Of a stretch of DNA of 64,000 bases, positions 50,007 to 61,020 are shown in pieces. Each line of letters opens with the position of its first letter. Position 1 is the first letter of the stretch. The stretch lies in contig CAXXVZ010000003.1 of assembly GCA_963678065.2 (NCBI GenBank), positions 928,001-992,000 of the forward strand. The letters are read 5' to 3'. The stretch is from Treponemataceae bacterium. GTDB lineage: Bacteria > Spirochaetota > Spirochaetia > Treponematales > Rectinemataceae. The notes under the pieces are model-generated. The model was given only the letters and a program-made list of their open reading frames with translations. It was not told where the DNA came from and made no database searches. Made by a program: the position numbers and the translations under genes.

Positions 50007-50744
50007 TTAAATGATAAAATCCTCCTCGGACCAGTTTCCCTCCCCCGTCGTGTGGACATGGTGGTGGGAGGGATCTTCGTGCACGGAAACGCGTGTCTCC
50101 AGATCGTCGAGCCGGACAATGAGATCCTTGATTGTCAGGCCGAGAACGTCGGGCAGGGCGACATGGTCGAGATCGGGCTTGTCTCCCGCGTGGTGGAGTT
50201 TCAGCCTCCGGACGACCTGTCCCGGCACGCCGACGATGACCGAGTTCTCGGGGACCGACTTGACCAGAACGGCGTTGGCGCCGATGCGCGAATCGTTCCC
50301 GACCGCGATGTTTCCGAGGATCTTGGCTCCGGCCCCGATGGTGACGCGGTCTCCTATCGTCGGATGGCGCTTGCCTTTCTCGAGCGATGTCCCTCCCAGA
50401 GTCACGCCGTGGTACATCGTGACATCGCTGCCGATTTCGGCCGTCTCGCCGATAACGACCCCCATGCCGTGGTCGATGAAGAATCCAGGGCCGATGCTCG
50501 CGCCGGGATGGATCTCTATGCCCGTGAAAAACCTCGTCAGCTGCGAGACGAGGCGGGCAAGGAAGCGGGAACCGTCCAGCCAGAGTCGGTGGGCCACACG
50601 GTGCGACCAGATGGCGTGCAGGCCCGAGTACACGAGGGCGACTTCCAGACGGGACCTCGCGGCCGGATCACGCGCGAGGACAGAATCGATGTCGAGATTG
50701 ATATCACACCAGAGATTCCTGCATTCATTCCTCATGCCCGGCAT
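50007..50744 (-). CDS. cysE: Serine O-acetyltransferase
   Basis: [43 protein letters not shown]-terminal Ile. Confidence 0.96.
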   Translation of the reverse strand: MPGMRNECRNLWCDINLDIDSVLARDPAARSRLEVALVYSGLHAIWSHRVAHRLWLDGSRFLARLVSQLTRFFTGIEIHPGASIGPGFFIDHGMGVVIGETAEIGSDVTMYHGVTLGGTSLEKGKRHPTIGDRVTIGAGAKILGNIAVGNDSRIGANAVLVKSVPENSVIVGVPGQVVRRLKLHHAGDKPDLDHVALPDVLGLTIKDLIVRLDDLETRVSVHEDPSHHHVHTTGEGNWSEEDFII

Positions 50745-50769
50745 ACTTTCTCCTCTTTTGGCTCCAGCC

Positions 50770-51705
50770 TCATTCCGCAAATCCTTGGAACAGGGCAGTG
50801 GAGAGGTAGCGTTCCCCGTAGGAGGCGGCAATGGCGACGATGGTCTTCCCCACATTTTCGGGTCGCCGCGCGAGCATCAGTGCGGCCCATATTGTAGCCC
50901 CCGAGGAGATACCCACGAGAAGGCCTTCCCTGCGAGCCGCGCGGCGCGCCGTTTCCAGCGCGTCCTCGTCTTTCACCCTGATTATCTCGTCGTACACCCT
51001 CCGGTCGAGGACGGCGGGCACGAACCCTGCACCTATGCCCTGGATCTTGTGGGCTCCCTTCGGTCCGCCCGAGAGCACCGCCGAGGAGTCCGGTTCGACC
51101 GCCACCACCCTGAGACCAGGTTTCCTGGCCTTGAGCGCGCCTCCGGTGCCGGTGATCGTGCCTCCTGTTCCCACCCCCGCGACGAAGATGTCGACGAGGC
51201 CATCCGTATCGCGCCAGATCTCCTCGGCAGTGCCGCGCCGGTGGGCCTCGGGGTTGGCGGGATTGTCGAACTGCGCGGGCATGAAATGGCGCGAAGGGTC
51301 GGAGGCCACGATCTCTTCGGCCTTCCTTATGGCCCCCGCCATGCCCTCGCTGCCCGGAGTGAGTACGAGAGTGGCTCCGTAGGCCGCAAGAAGGACGCGC
51401 CTCTCCCTGGACATGGTCTTCGGCATAGTGAGTATGCACCTGTAGCCCCGGGCTGCGGCGAGCATGGCGAGGGCGATGCCCGTGTTGCCGCTCGTGGGCT
51501 CGACGATAGTCTTGCCTGAGTCGAGGAGTCCGGCCTTCTCCGCGGCCTCGATCATGGAGAGAGCTATGCGGTCCTTGACGCTGTGACCGGGGTTGAAGTA
51601 TTCGAGCTTGAGGAGGATCGTCGCTTCCAGTCCTTCCGTCAGCTTGGACAGCCGCACGAGGGGAGTATTTCCTATGAGCTCGGCGACGCTGGCTGCGATT
51701 TTCAC
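50770..51705 (-). CDS. cysK: Cysteine synthase A
   Basis: [53 protein letters not shown] before GTG. Confidence 0.97.
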   Translation of the reverse strand: MKIAASVAELIGNTPLVRLSKLTEGLEATILLKLEYFNPGHSVKDRIALSMIEAAEKAGLLDSGKTIVEPTSGNTGIALAMLAAARGYRCILTMPKTMSRERRVLLAAYGATLVLTPGSEGMAGAIRKAEEIVASDPSRHFMPAQFDNPANPEAHRRGTAEEIWRDTDGLVDIFVAGVGTGGTITGTGGALKARKPGLRVVAVEPDSSAVLSGGPKGAHKIQGIGAGFVPAVLDRRVYDEIIRVKDEDALETARRAARREGLLVGISSGATIWAALMLARRPENVGKTIVAIAASYGERYLSTALFQGFAE

Positions 51706-51723
51706 CGTGTATCTCCTTTTGTC

Positions 51724-51746
51724 TATATTACTATTTATCCAATATA
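51724..51746. promoter_or_regulatory. AT-rich inverted repeat upstream of cysK (possible Rrf2/CymR-type operator)
   Basis: TATATT-N11-AATATA in an AT-rich island immediately upstream of the cysK RBS. Confidence 0.4.
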
Positions 51747-51801
51747 TATGATTCCACTCCGACTGGCTCACAGACTGATCGGCGGAACGACTGATGGCGC
51801 A

Positions 51802-53728
51802 ATCGAGGAGGAGGGGGGCTCACGCCCCCCGTCCTCTCACACCACCGTACGTACGGTTCCGTATACGGCGGTTTCCAGAATATCACCTAATCAAACAGAG
51901 TCGATCGATCATCGAAACGAGTCCCACACTATCAAAGTATTTTTTGGGGAATGCGAAGCGTATGTGCTGAGCGCCGGAGTTCCACCACGGTCCGCGTTGG
52001 TTGAAGGCGGAACGGACTGCCGTTTCTTCCGGCAAGCCCCGCTCCATGAGCCGTTTCCGTCGCGTCCATGGTCTCTTCCATTGCCGCCAGAGGTTGCAGC
52101 GCAGTTTCCTGCGAAGCCATCCGTCCAGCTCTTCCGCGAATCGCTTCGTCTCGGCGAGGGAGTAATACTGAATCCAGCCGCGAACGAGGGGGGGGGTAGG
52201 GTTTCCGTGACAAACCAATAAAGATTTCGGCCCTGCGCTCCTCGAAAGAGAGCTTTGACCTTTTCTTTGAACCGATCGATCGACGATTCCGCCACCCGTA
52301 TCCTCGTCTGCCGTTCGCAGGTGAAGGAATAGCCGAGAAACTTGCGTTCCCACGGTCGGGCTACCGCACTTTTCTCCCGGTTCACTTTGAGTCTGAGTCT
52401 GCCCTCGATGAACCGCGAGATCGATGCCATCACCCGCTCCCCTGCCCGCGTGCTCGCGACGTAGATGTTGCAGTCGTCCGCGTAGCGGCAGAATGACAGT
52501 CCGCGTTTCTCCAGCTCCTTGTCCATCGCGTCGAGCATGATGTTGGACAGTAGCGGCGACAGAGGCCCGCCCTGCGGCGTTCCCTTGTCCCGATCCCTCA
52601 CGACGCCGCCCTTCATGACCCCCGCTTGCAGGTATCGCCGAATCAGTTTCAGGACCTTCTTGTCCCGCACCCTTTTCGCGATCCTCGCCATCAGGTGATC
52701 ATGATTCACTTCATCGAAAAACTTCGCCAAATCGATGTCTACAACCCACCGCTTCCCCGCGAGCTGGAACTCCTTCGCTTTCCGGATCGCGTCGTGCGCT
52801 CCCCGTCCAGGTCGGAAGCCATAGCTGTTCGGCGAAAACTCAGGCTCGAATATCGGGCTCAGAACTTGATGAAGTGCCTGCTGGATGAGCCGATCCACGA
52901 CCGTCGGTATGCCGAGTTGCCGCTTCCCACCATTGGGTTTCGGAATCTCGACACCTCGCACAACCTCGGGCCGCTACGTACCCGCCAGCAGCCTTTCCTT
53001 GACCTCGAACCAGTGCGCTTGAAGCCAGGGCTTCAGGTCTTCAACACTCATCTTGTCGACTCCCGCCGCTCCTTTGTTCCCCACCACCCGCGCATAAGCT
53101 TCGAGCATGTTCCCGCGTTCGACCAGACGCTCGATCAACTCCGTCGTTTCGGGGTTCGTCGTTTCCGTTCCCGTATCCGAGCCCTCCACCCATGCGCTTG
53201 CTGTCGGGTTTCCGTCCCTATCCTCCGCGCACGCCGGTCTCGTCCCCGTATCCGGGCGACTCCTCCGTGTCTGTGTTCATTGGGTCTCGTGAAGGTCCGG
53301 CTGACTCGCCGTTCTTCTGGATTCAGCCCTTCGCGTCCGGTCGTTGACGCTACTATGACCTCTGCTGACTTCTGGCCATCCATTTCCCCGCCTCGTGACG
53401 GGAATAGCCGCTTTGGCGGATGGTCAGATCTCCCCGGGTAATGCACCGTGACTACTGTCACGACCTACCTTCACGCTTATACCCGCCGCATCTACAGAAA
53501 GAGATTCCGTGTACGTATTGGACTTTGAAGATATTGGCCTTCTCATCCTCTCCTCCTGCCTCATACGATTCCTGTCCGTCAGGCCAGCGCTTTGCCTTCA
53601 CCTTCCTTCAGATTCAGGGTCGCCCCTGACACCCTTGGCGTTCGGCTAACGGTTCCCCTTACCGGGCCCGTACGGGACTTGGCGATTCCTCGCCGCACCC
53701 GCAAGTTGGTGCACCCTGCCGGGCGCAC
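51802..53728 (-). mobile_element. Group II intron, bacterial class C (IIC), about 1927 nt, apparently degenerate
   Basis: 5' end GTGCGCCCGGCAGGGTGC directly after a terminator. Domain V AACCGCCGTATACGGAACCGTACGTACGGTGGTGT. Domain VI GAGAGGACGGGGGG...CCCCCCTCCTCCTCGAT at the 3' end. Encloses an RT/maturase ORF with no endonuclease domain. Confidence 0.95.
51883..53189 (-). pseudogene. ltrA: Group II intron reverse transcriptase/maturase, disrupted
   Basis: NKGAAGVD, RGVEIPKPNGGKRQLGIP, GTPQGGPLSPLL, RYADD, RGWIQYY. In-frame TAG at 52974-52976 and a frameshift at the C9 tract 52188-52196. Start codon uncertain. Confidence 0.9.
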
Positions 53729-53732
53729 CAAT

Positions 53733-53763
53733 AAAAAGCGGCCGCCCTTCCGGACGGCCGCTT
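53733..53763 (-). terminator. Intrinsic terminator after pgk; intron target site
   Basis: AAGCGGCCGTCC-GGAA-GGGCGGCCGCTTTTT. The intron begins 4 nt after the T run. Confidence 0.9.
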
Positions 53764-53787
53764 CGTGGTCGAGATGATCCGGAGGTT

Positions 53788-55047
53788 CTACTTCTGTTCG
53801 AGACAGGCGATGCCGGGAAGGACTTTGCCCTCCAGGTACTCGAGGCTCGCGCCGCCTCCGGTGGAGACGTGGCTCATCTTGTCCGCGAGCTTGAACTTGT
53901 TGACGGCGGCAACAGAATCTCCTCCGCCGACGACGGTCATCGCTCCGCGTCCCGTGGCCTCTGCGACGAGCTTCGCCACAGTCGCTGTCCCGGCCGAGAA
54001 GGCATCGAACTCGAAGACGCCCACAGGCCCGTTCCAGACTATGCTCTTCGCCGCGGCGAGGACTTCCCTGTAGAGCTCAATGGTGGCGGGACCGACGTCC
54101 ATTCCCATGAGCTCGGCCGGAATATCCAGGCCGGAGACTGCGACGGGGGCCGCGTCGGCGGCAAAGGCAGCGGCGCAGATGTGGTCCACGGGAAGGACGA
54201 TGTTGACGCCCTTCGCTGCCGCGCTCGCGAGAAGCATTCTTGCGGTCTCCAGGTAGTCGTCCTCGACGAGGCTCTTGCCGATCGTGTGGCCCTGGGCCTT
54301 GAGGAAGGTGTAGGCCATGCCGCCGCCGATGATGAGGTCCGAGGCGTTCTTGAGGAGGCTCTCGAGGACGGCGATCTTGGAGGAGACCTTGGCGCCGCCG
54401 ATTATGGCGACCATTGGTTTAGGCGGGGCGACGAGCATGGGCTCGAGGTACTTCACTTCCTTTTCCATGAGGAAACCGCCGACCTTGACCGAGCAGAATT
54501 TCGCGATGGTGGCCGTGGAGGCGTGGGCCCTGTGCGCTGTGCCGAAGGCGTCGTTCACGTAGATATCGCCGTAGCTGGCGAGTTCGGCGGCCAGGGTCTC
54601 CTGCTTCGCCATGTCCTTCGAGGTTTCTTCCTTGTGGAAACGGGTGTTCTCGAGCATGGCCACCGAGCCGGAGGGGAGCGCCGCAATGGCGGCTTTCTGG
54701 CCGACACAGGAAGGAAGGAACACGACGGGCTTTCCGAGTTTGGCGGAGAGGTAGTCGGCGACAGGCTTCATGCGGTGCTTGCCTGCGAGGTACTTGTCGA
54801 GGTCGAAGGTCTGGCCCGACTTGGCGGCCTTGTCCTTCGCCTTCTCCGCGTCCTTGTCGGGATCGCCGAGATGGGACATGAGGACGAGGCTCCTGACGCC
54901 CTGTCCGAGAACGTACTCGATGGTGGGGAGGGCGGCCACGATTCGGGTGTCGTCCTGGACCACCCCGTCCTTCATGGGGACGTTGAAGTCGACGCGCATG
55001 ATGACGCTTTTGCCGGCGAGGGATATGTCTTTTACTGTCTTGATCAT
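53788..55047 (-). CDS. pgk: Phosphoglycerate kinase
   Basis: RVDFNVP, SHLG, LENTRF, NDAFGTAHRAHAS, GGAKVSSK, GGGDS, STGGGASLE. Confidence 0.98.
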   Translation of the reverse strand: MIKTVKDISLAGKSVIMRVDFNVPMKDGVVQDDTRIVAALPTIEYVLGQGVRSLVLMSHLGDPDKDAEKAKDKAAKSGQTFDLDKYLAGKHRMKPVADYLSAKLGKPVVFLPSCVGQKAAIAALPSGSVAMLENTRFHKEETSKDMAKQETLAAELASYGDIYVNDAFGTAHRAHASTATIAKFCSVKVGGFLMEKEVKYLEPMLVAPPKPMVAIIGGAKVSSKIAVLESLLKNASDLIIGGGMAYTFLKAQGHTIGKSLVEDDYLETARMLLASAAAKGVNIVLPVDHICAAAFAADAAPVAVSGLDIPAELMGMDVGPATIELYREVLAAAKSIVWNGPVGVFEFDAFSAGTATVAKLVAEATGRGAMTVVGGGDSVAAVNKFKLADKMSHVSTGGGASLEYLEGKVLPGIACLEQK

Positions 55048-55126
55048 GTTTCCTCCGGGGCCCCTTGCGGGCCTGTAAACGCCCGGCTTGAGGATTCTCA
55101 AGACTGCCCGGCCGGGCGGCGGTGAT

Positions 55127-55154
55127 AAAAACGGCCGCCCCATGGGACGGCCGT
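55127..55154 (-). terminator. Intrinsic terminator/attenuator between gap and pgk
   Basis: ACGGCCGTCCCATGGGGCGGCCGTTTTT. Confidence 0.8.
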
Positions 55155-55166
55155 CTCGGCGATGCT

Positions 55167-56240
<1,074 letters not shown>

Positions 56241-56306
56241 TCAGATCCTCCTGGTGTGGAATCTATGGAAAATTATGCAATACGCAAAAAAGCTGCAATC
56301 AATATT

Positions 56307-56336
56307 TTTATACCCAAAAGGCGCGCGCTCTGTCAA
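56307..56336 (-). promoter_or_regulatory. Sigma70-type promoter for gap
   Basis: TTGACA-N18-TATAAA. Confidence 0.75.
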
Positions 56337-56614
56337 TTAGTCAACAAACCGCATTGATTTCATTAAATTAATACGGTTTTCTTGCCGAAAAATCAAGTAT
56401 CGGACGGAGGCCGCACTCCTCCCCCTCCGCGGGCTCCGATCCGATCCCTCAAAAGGGCGACCGCAATGCAAAAATTTGCGGTCAGAGGCCGGTTCCCCAA
56501 ACCGGCCTTTTTTTTGTCCGCCAGCCGCCGCATCCCTCGCAGCGACAGTGCCACCACCTTTACTTCACCTCAGCCATGTTGACCAAGGACCACCCCCTCG
56601 CGTAGGCTTTGCCT

Positions 56615-59173
56615 ATGTCGCCCTTCAAGGCGTTGCCGCTGTTCGTCCGCGTCTTCATCGTCCTCGCTGCCCTCACCGCGGTTCTCGCGGGGGCGGGTAC
56701 TGGTCTCGCCCTCGCCGCCACGCACAATATCGCGCTCAAGGAAAATTTCACCGATTTCCAGCCCGCCCTGCCGAGCAAGATCTTTGACATCCAGGGACGC
56801 CTCATCACCGAATTCTTCTCCGAGGAAAAGCGGGAAATCGTCTCCATCGGCGAGCTGCCGCCCCACCTCATAAACGCGATAATTACGCGGGAAGACAAAA
56901 CTTTCTACCGACACCACGGCTTTGACCTGAAAAGGCTCGCGGCGGCATTCTTCGGTGTCCTGACGGGCCGGAATCTCGGTGGCGGCTCGACCATAACCCA
57001 ACAGGTCGCCGGGGACCTCTACGCGGACCGCCACGAAATAAGCCTGAGAAGGAAGCTCGTGGAGCTGTGGTGGGCCCTGCAGATAGAGCGGCGCTACACC
57101 AAATCCGAGATATTGGAACTCTACCTCAACCGCACGGTCATGGGTACGGGTGTCTACGGCGTCGAGGCGGCCAGCAAGTACTTCTTCGGCCACTCCGCCC
57201 GCGACATCACGCTCGCCGAGTCGGCCATCCTCGTCGTCCAGCTCTCGAGCCCCGTACGGTTCGATCCTTTCAAGAACCCCAACAATGCGCGCAGTCGCTC
57301 CCGCGCAGTGCTCGATTCCATGGTGAAGCTCGGCTACGCGAAAAAGGCCGAGGCCGACGCTTCCTTCAACGAGTACTGGGACAATTTCGATTACACACGG
57401 GTTTCCGCTGGCGCCTACTTTACACGCGATGACAAGGCTCCCTGGTTCAGCGAATACGTGCGCAGGCAGCTCGACGATATGCTCTACGGATCGCTCGACC
57501 TCTACACCGACGGCTTCAACGTCTACACGACCCTGGATCTCGACAAGCAGGCCCTGGCCGACAGCTACATGAAGCGCGGCATCGAGCAGGCCAACGCCGG
57601 ATTCAGGCGATCGGGAGCCCAGCATCTTGTCGAGGCAGAGGACACCTACATCCCGATCCTGGAGATGCTCGGTTTCACCTTCAACCTCGATGCCCTTCTC
57701 GTCTCGGATGCGAAGGCAGAAAATTCGACCTTCAACTACTACAAACAGAAGATAAATCCGATCGTCGATGCGGCAGCCCTCCTCTTCGGCCTGCCGGACC
57801 TCAAATCGCTGTCCAACGCCGGGTTCGGGAGGATGAAGACCGATCTCGAGAAATCCACGGTGGAGGGCGCCCTCATCACCATCGAGAACGACACGGGCTA
57901 CATCACCTCGATGGTGGGCGGATCCAAATATGACCAGTCCAACCAGAACATCAGGGCCGTGCAGTCCAAACTCATGCCCGGATCGACTTTCAAACCTCTC
58001 TACTATTCGGCGGCCATAGACTCGGGAAAATTCACGGAGGCCAGCCTCATCTACGACGCGCCCGTCATCTTCTACACCCAGGACGGAACGCCCTACATGC
58101 CCCTCAATTTCAAGGGAGAATGGAAAGGCCCCGTTCTTCTCTGGTACGCCCTCGCGAAGTCCATGAACATTCCCTCGCTCAAGGTCCTGGATGGGATCGG
58201 CTTCGACGCGGCCATCAGCAGGGCGGCGGCACTCCTCGACATCACCGATCCGGCCGAAATCAGAAGCACATTCCCGCGAGTCTATCCTCTGGGGCTCGGC
58301 GTGATCGGCGTGACCCCGCTCAAGATGGCGCGGGCATTCTCGGTCTTCGCGAACGGAGGCAAGGCGGTGACGCCCATGGCCATCCGCTCGGTCGAGGACA
58401 GGCAAGGTCGCCCCGTCCTCGAGCCCGAGAAGGAGATCCGCACCAAGCAGGCCCAAAAAGGAAGCGCGAACCAGATCATCTCGCCGCAGAACGCCGCCAT
58501 CATGGTCGACATGCTCCAGAGAGCCGTCCAGTTGGGAACCCTCGCCGGACAGACCTCGAGCGGGACGATCTTCAAGCAGTCGAACGGATCGGGAGTTTCG
58601 TACACGATTCCGGCGGGTGGCAAGACGGGAACGACGCAGAACTGGGCCGACGCATGGACAGTCGGATTCACACCCTACATGACCACAGCCATCTGGTTCG
58701 GTTTCGACAGGCCGGGCAACTCTCTCGGCGTCGAGCAGACGGGCGCGCTGCTCGCGGGAACGATCTGGTCGAACTACATGCGCGACATCCACAAGGGATT
58801 GCCATTCAAGGATTTCCCCAAGCCCCAGTCAGGGCTCGCGAGAATGACCGTCTGTGCTGTGTCGGGACAGGTATTGACGCCACTGTGCAACGAGGGTTCG
58901 GTTAACCTGCTCTTTCTGGACGGCACGCAGCCGGTGACACCCTGCGAAATCCATGCAGGACAAGGCGCGGGCTCCCAGTCCGATCTTTTTGGAGCGACGA
59001 ACGGAGAATCTCCGGCAGCGACAGGGCTCCCGGGAACCGAGGGAACGCCGGGGCAGACAGTGCTTCCGGGTGAACGGGAACCGACCAAGAGCACTCCTTT
59101 GGTTCCTCCATCGACTCCATCGAATCCGGTCATGCCCGACCCCAGCCTCAGGATCACCATTCCGGGATTGTGA
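56615..59173 (+). CDS. Class A penicillin-binding protein (PBP1A family)
   Basis: TM anchor; glycosyltransferase EDKTFY.H.G, GGSTITQQ, RKLVE; transpeptidase STFK, SMN, KTG. Confidence 0.95.
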   Translation: MSPFKALPLFVRVFIVLAALTAVLAGAGTGLALAATHNIALKENFTDFQPALPSKIFDIQGRLITEFFSEEKREIVSIGELPPHLINAIITREDKTFYRHHGFDLKRLAAAFFGVLTGRNLGGGSTITQQVAGDLYADRHEISLRRKLVELWWALQIERRYTKSEILELYLNRTVMGTGVYGVEAASKYFFGHSARDITLAESAILVVQLSSPVRFDPFKNPNNARSRSRAVLDSMVKLGYAKKAEADASFNEYWDNFDYTRVSAGAYFTRDDKAPWFSEYVRRQLDDMLYGSLDLYTDGFNVYTTLDLDKQALADSYMKRGIEQANAGFRRSGAQHLVEAEDTYIPILEMLGFTFNLDALLVSDAKAENSTFNYYKQKINPIVDAAALLFGLPDLKSLSNAGFGRMKTDLEKSTVEGALITIENDTGYITSMVGGSKYDQSNQNIRAVQSKLMPGSTFKPLYYSAAIDSGKFTEASLIYDAPVIFYTQDGTPYMPLNFKGEWKGPVLLWYALAKSMNIPSLKVLDGIGFDAAISRAAALLDITDPAEIRSTFPRVYPLGLGVIGVTPLKMARAFSVFANGGKAVTPMAIRSVEDRQGRPVLEPEKEIRTKQAQKGSANQIISPQNAAIMVDMLQRAVQLGTLAGQTSSGTIFKQSNGSGVSYTIPAGGKTGTTQNWADAWTVGFTPYMTTAIWFGFDRPGNSLGVEQTGALLAGTIWSNYMRDIHKGLPFKDFPKPQSGLARMTVCAVSGQVLTPLCNEGSVNLLFLDGTQPVTPCEIHAGQGAGSQSDLFGATNGESPAATGLPGTEGTPGQTVLPGEREPTKSTPLVPPSTPSNPVMPDPSLRITIPGL

Positions 59174-59186
59174 GGCGCGCTCGCGC

Positions 59187-59747
59187 TCAGGCCGTTTCCG
59201 CTCCGGGCGAGGTTTCCGCCTTCACCTCGACGCTCTCCGCTTTAATGGCGCGCGTGGAGGGCCTCATGAGCGACATGACCAGAAAAACCCCAAAACCCAC
59301 TATGAGAGCGATTTCCTTGACCAGCAGGTCGGGAAGACCCGCGATCTCGCCTACCCTGAGCACATCCTCGATGCCCGCTCCATCCGAGGCCGGCCGCATC
59401 GAGTCTCCTGCGCCGATTCCCAGGAGCAGGATTTCGGTCTCATCGGGCTTGAGGTAGCCAATTTTCCTGGCCTCCCGCGCAAGGCGGCCCGCGTCCGAAG
59501 TCAGGGCCTTCACCTCCGAGGACAGACGGGCGTTGGTGGCTCGGAGTTCGGCAGCCTTGTCTTCCATCGCCATTATGCGTCCATCCATGGTCACCTGAGA
59601 AACCAGCCCGGCCTTGCCTGCCACGAAGGAGAGCAGGCAATAAATGGCGAGCATGGCACACAGGCCTATGCCGATACTCTGTAAAAAACCGGGGGATCCG
59701 GATGACGAACGCGCGCGGCGGGAAGCGCTTCTGGTCGGAGTGTCCAT
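59187..59747 (-). CDS. Septum formation initiator (FtsB/DivIC-like) protein
   Basis: TM helix, GKAGL, coiled coil ELRATNARLSSEVKAL, AREARKIGYLKPDE, plus a second C-terminal hydrophobic segment. Confidence 0.75.
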   Translation of the reverse strand: MDTPTRSASRRARSSSGSPGFLQSIGIGLCAMLAIYCLLSFVAGKAGLVSQVTMDGRIMAMEDKAAELRATNARLSSEVKALTSDAGRLAREARKIGYLKPDETEILLLGIGAGDSMRPASDGAGIEDVLRVGEIAGLPDLLVKEIALIVGFGVFLVMSLMRPSTRAIKAESVEVKAETSPGAETA

Positions 59748-59855
59748 ACTACAGATTTACGGTTCACGGACACTTCGCCTTTAAACAAAATATTGACATC
59801 CAGAGAGGCAGCGCTTAGAGTGATTGGGAAAACCCTTCCTTCGATTGGAGCAAAT

Positions 59856-61019
59856 ATGGCTGGCGCTTCGGACAGGCTTACCACGAGACCGAATCCTGAG
59901 GGAAACGACCGGGAGCGATTTACGGCCGAAGAAATGGAGGATTACGGGGACTGGCTGAAATCCGACACGGATGCGGCCACGGACTTTTCCCGTCTGTCCA
60001 GCGAGGAAGAGAACCTCCTCGGGTCTTTTTCGACAGGATCTCCCTCTTCCGTACAGCCGGCGGCGGGAGAAGAATCTACCATCCTGCCTTCGCCCGAAAG
60101 CCCTGTACCCGATGCTCCGCTCAGCGACGAACAAGAGGATTTTTCCGACTCCGTCATCGAATCCGAGATTGAAGCCGAGGAAGCCATCGACTCGGCCCCC
60201 TTCTCCCTTCCGGCCGAGGACTACGAGGAGAAAGCGGCCCTGGCGGATGATTTCGTGCTCGGTTCTGCCTCCCGCAGGGATCGTTTCGGCTCCGCCGCGA
60301 CTGAATCCCGCGCTGAGTTCGGCCAGACCGAAGAGCCCGCGGAGCCGGATTCCGACAGTCCCGAGGATGACATTTCGGAAGAATTCTTTGAGATCGACGA
60401 AGAGGTGAGTTCACAGAACGGGGCCGTCCCTCCCCTACCGAGCCCGACCCCGGCAGAGGAAGAGATCGCGGCCGCCGGGCCCGCATTCATCCCTTCCGCT
60501 GATTCCGGCAGGACAGGGCGGTCCGAGCCCTCCGCCCTTCCTGCCCGCGAGTTGCCAGACGATATCCTCGCCCGGATCGCGCTCGAATTGTCCTCGATCC
60601 GCGGTGAGCTGGTCGGGATAAAAGCGGGATTCGCTCCCGGACCTGAGAGCCCTGTTCCCTCCAAACAGGGATCGACGGCCGCGGCCTTCCCCGAACCTTC
60701 CGGGCCTGCCGGAGCCTCTGTCGCGGAATTCCCGACCGAAGAGTCTGTGGAGCCGACGGCGACCCCGGCCGGCGTGGAAAAAGAGAGCAGGGACTCCGTC
60801 GCAGATACTGGCTCAGCCGATCGCGACGAGACCGCCGTTGAGGCGCGCCCTCACGCCGATCCCCGATTTTCCCCTGAATTCGTCGAGGAGCTGCGCGCCA
60901 TGTTCTCTTATATGGACAAGCTCCTGGAATCCCTTCCCGATGCGAAGATCGAGGAGTTTGCCCGCTCGCCATACTTCGATTCCTACAAGCGCATTTTCGA
61001 AATTCTGGGAATTGTCTGA
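59856..61019 (+). CDS. Acidic, Pro-rich, largely disordered hypothetical protein with helical C-terminus
   Basis: TTGACA-N17-TAGAGT promoter at 59793 and GGAG RBS. E/D/P/S-rich body; C-terminal YMDKLLESLPDAKIEEFARSPYFDSYKRIFEILGIV. Confidence 0.85.
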   Translation: MAGASDRLTTRPNPEGNDRERFTAEEMEDYGDWLKSDTDAATDFSRLSSEEENLLGSFSTGSPSSVQPAAGEESTILPSPESPVPDAPLSDEQEDFSDSVIESEIEAEEAIDSAPFSLPAEDYEEKAALADDFVLGSASRRDRFGSAATESRAEFGQTEEPAEPDSDSPEDDISEEFFEIDEEVSSQNGAVPPLPSPTPAEEEIAAAGPAFIPSADSGRTGRSEPSALPARELPDDILARIALELSSIRGELVGIKAGFAPGPESPVPSKQGSTAAAFPEPSGPAGASVAEFPTEESVEPTATPAGVEKESRDSVADTGSADRDETAVEARPHADPRFSPEFVEELRAMFSYMDKLLESLPDAKIEEFARSPYFDSYKRIFEILGIV

Positions 61020-61020
61020 G

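Noticed and set aside
51795..51801. 3' exon begins TGCGCC, resembling a second intron 5' end (relic tandem intron)
   Set aside because: Only 6-7 nt match and no further intron-like sequence follows, so it is compatible with chance.
56330..56347. Rex operator overlapping the gap -35 (TTGTTGACTAATTGACAG)
   Set aside because: Several mismatches to TTGTGAA-N4-TTCACAA, and part of the match is the -35 itself. Not supportable without a genome-wide motif.
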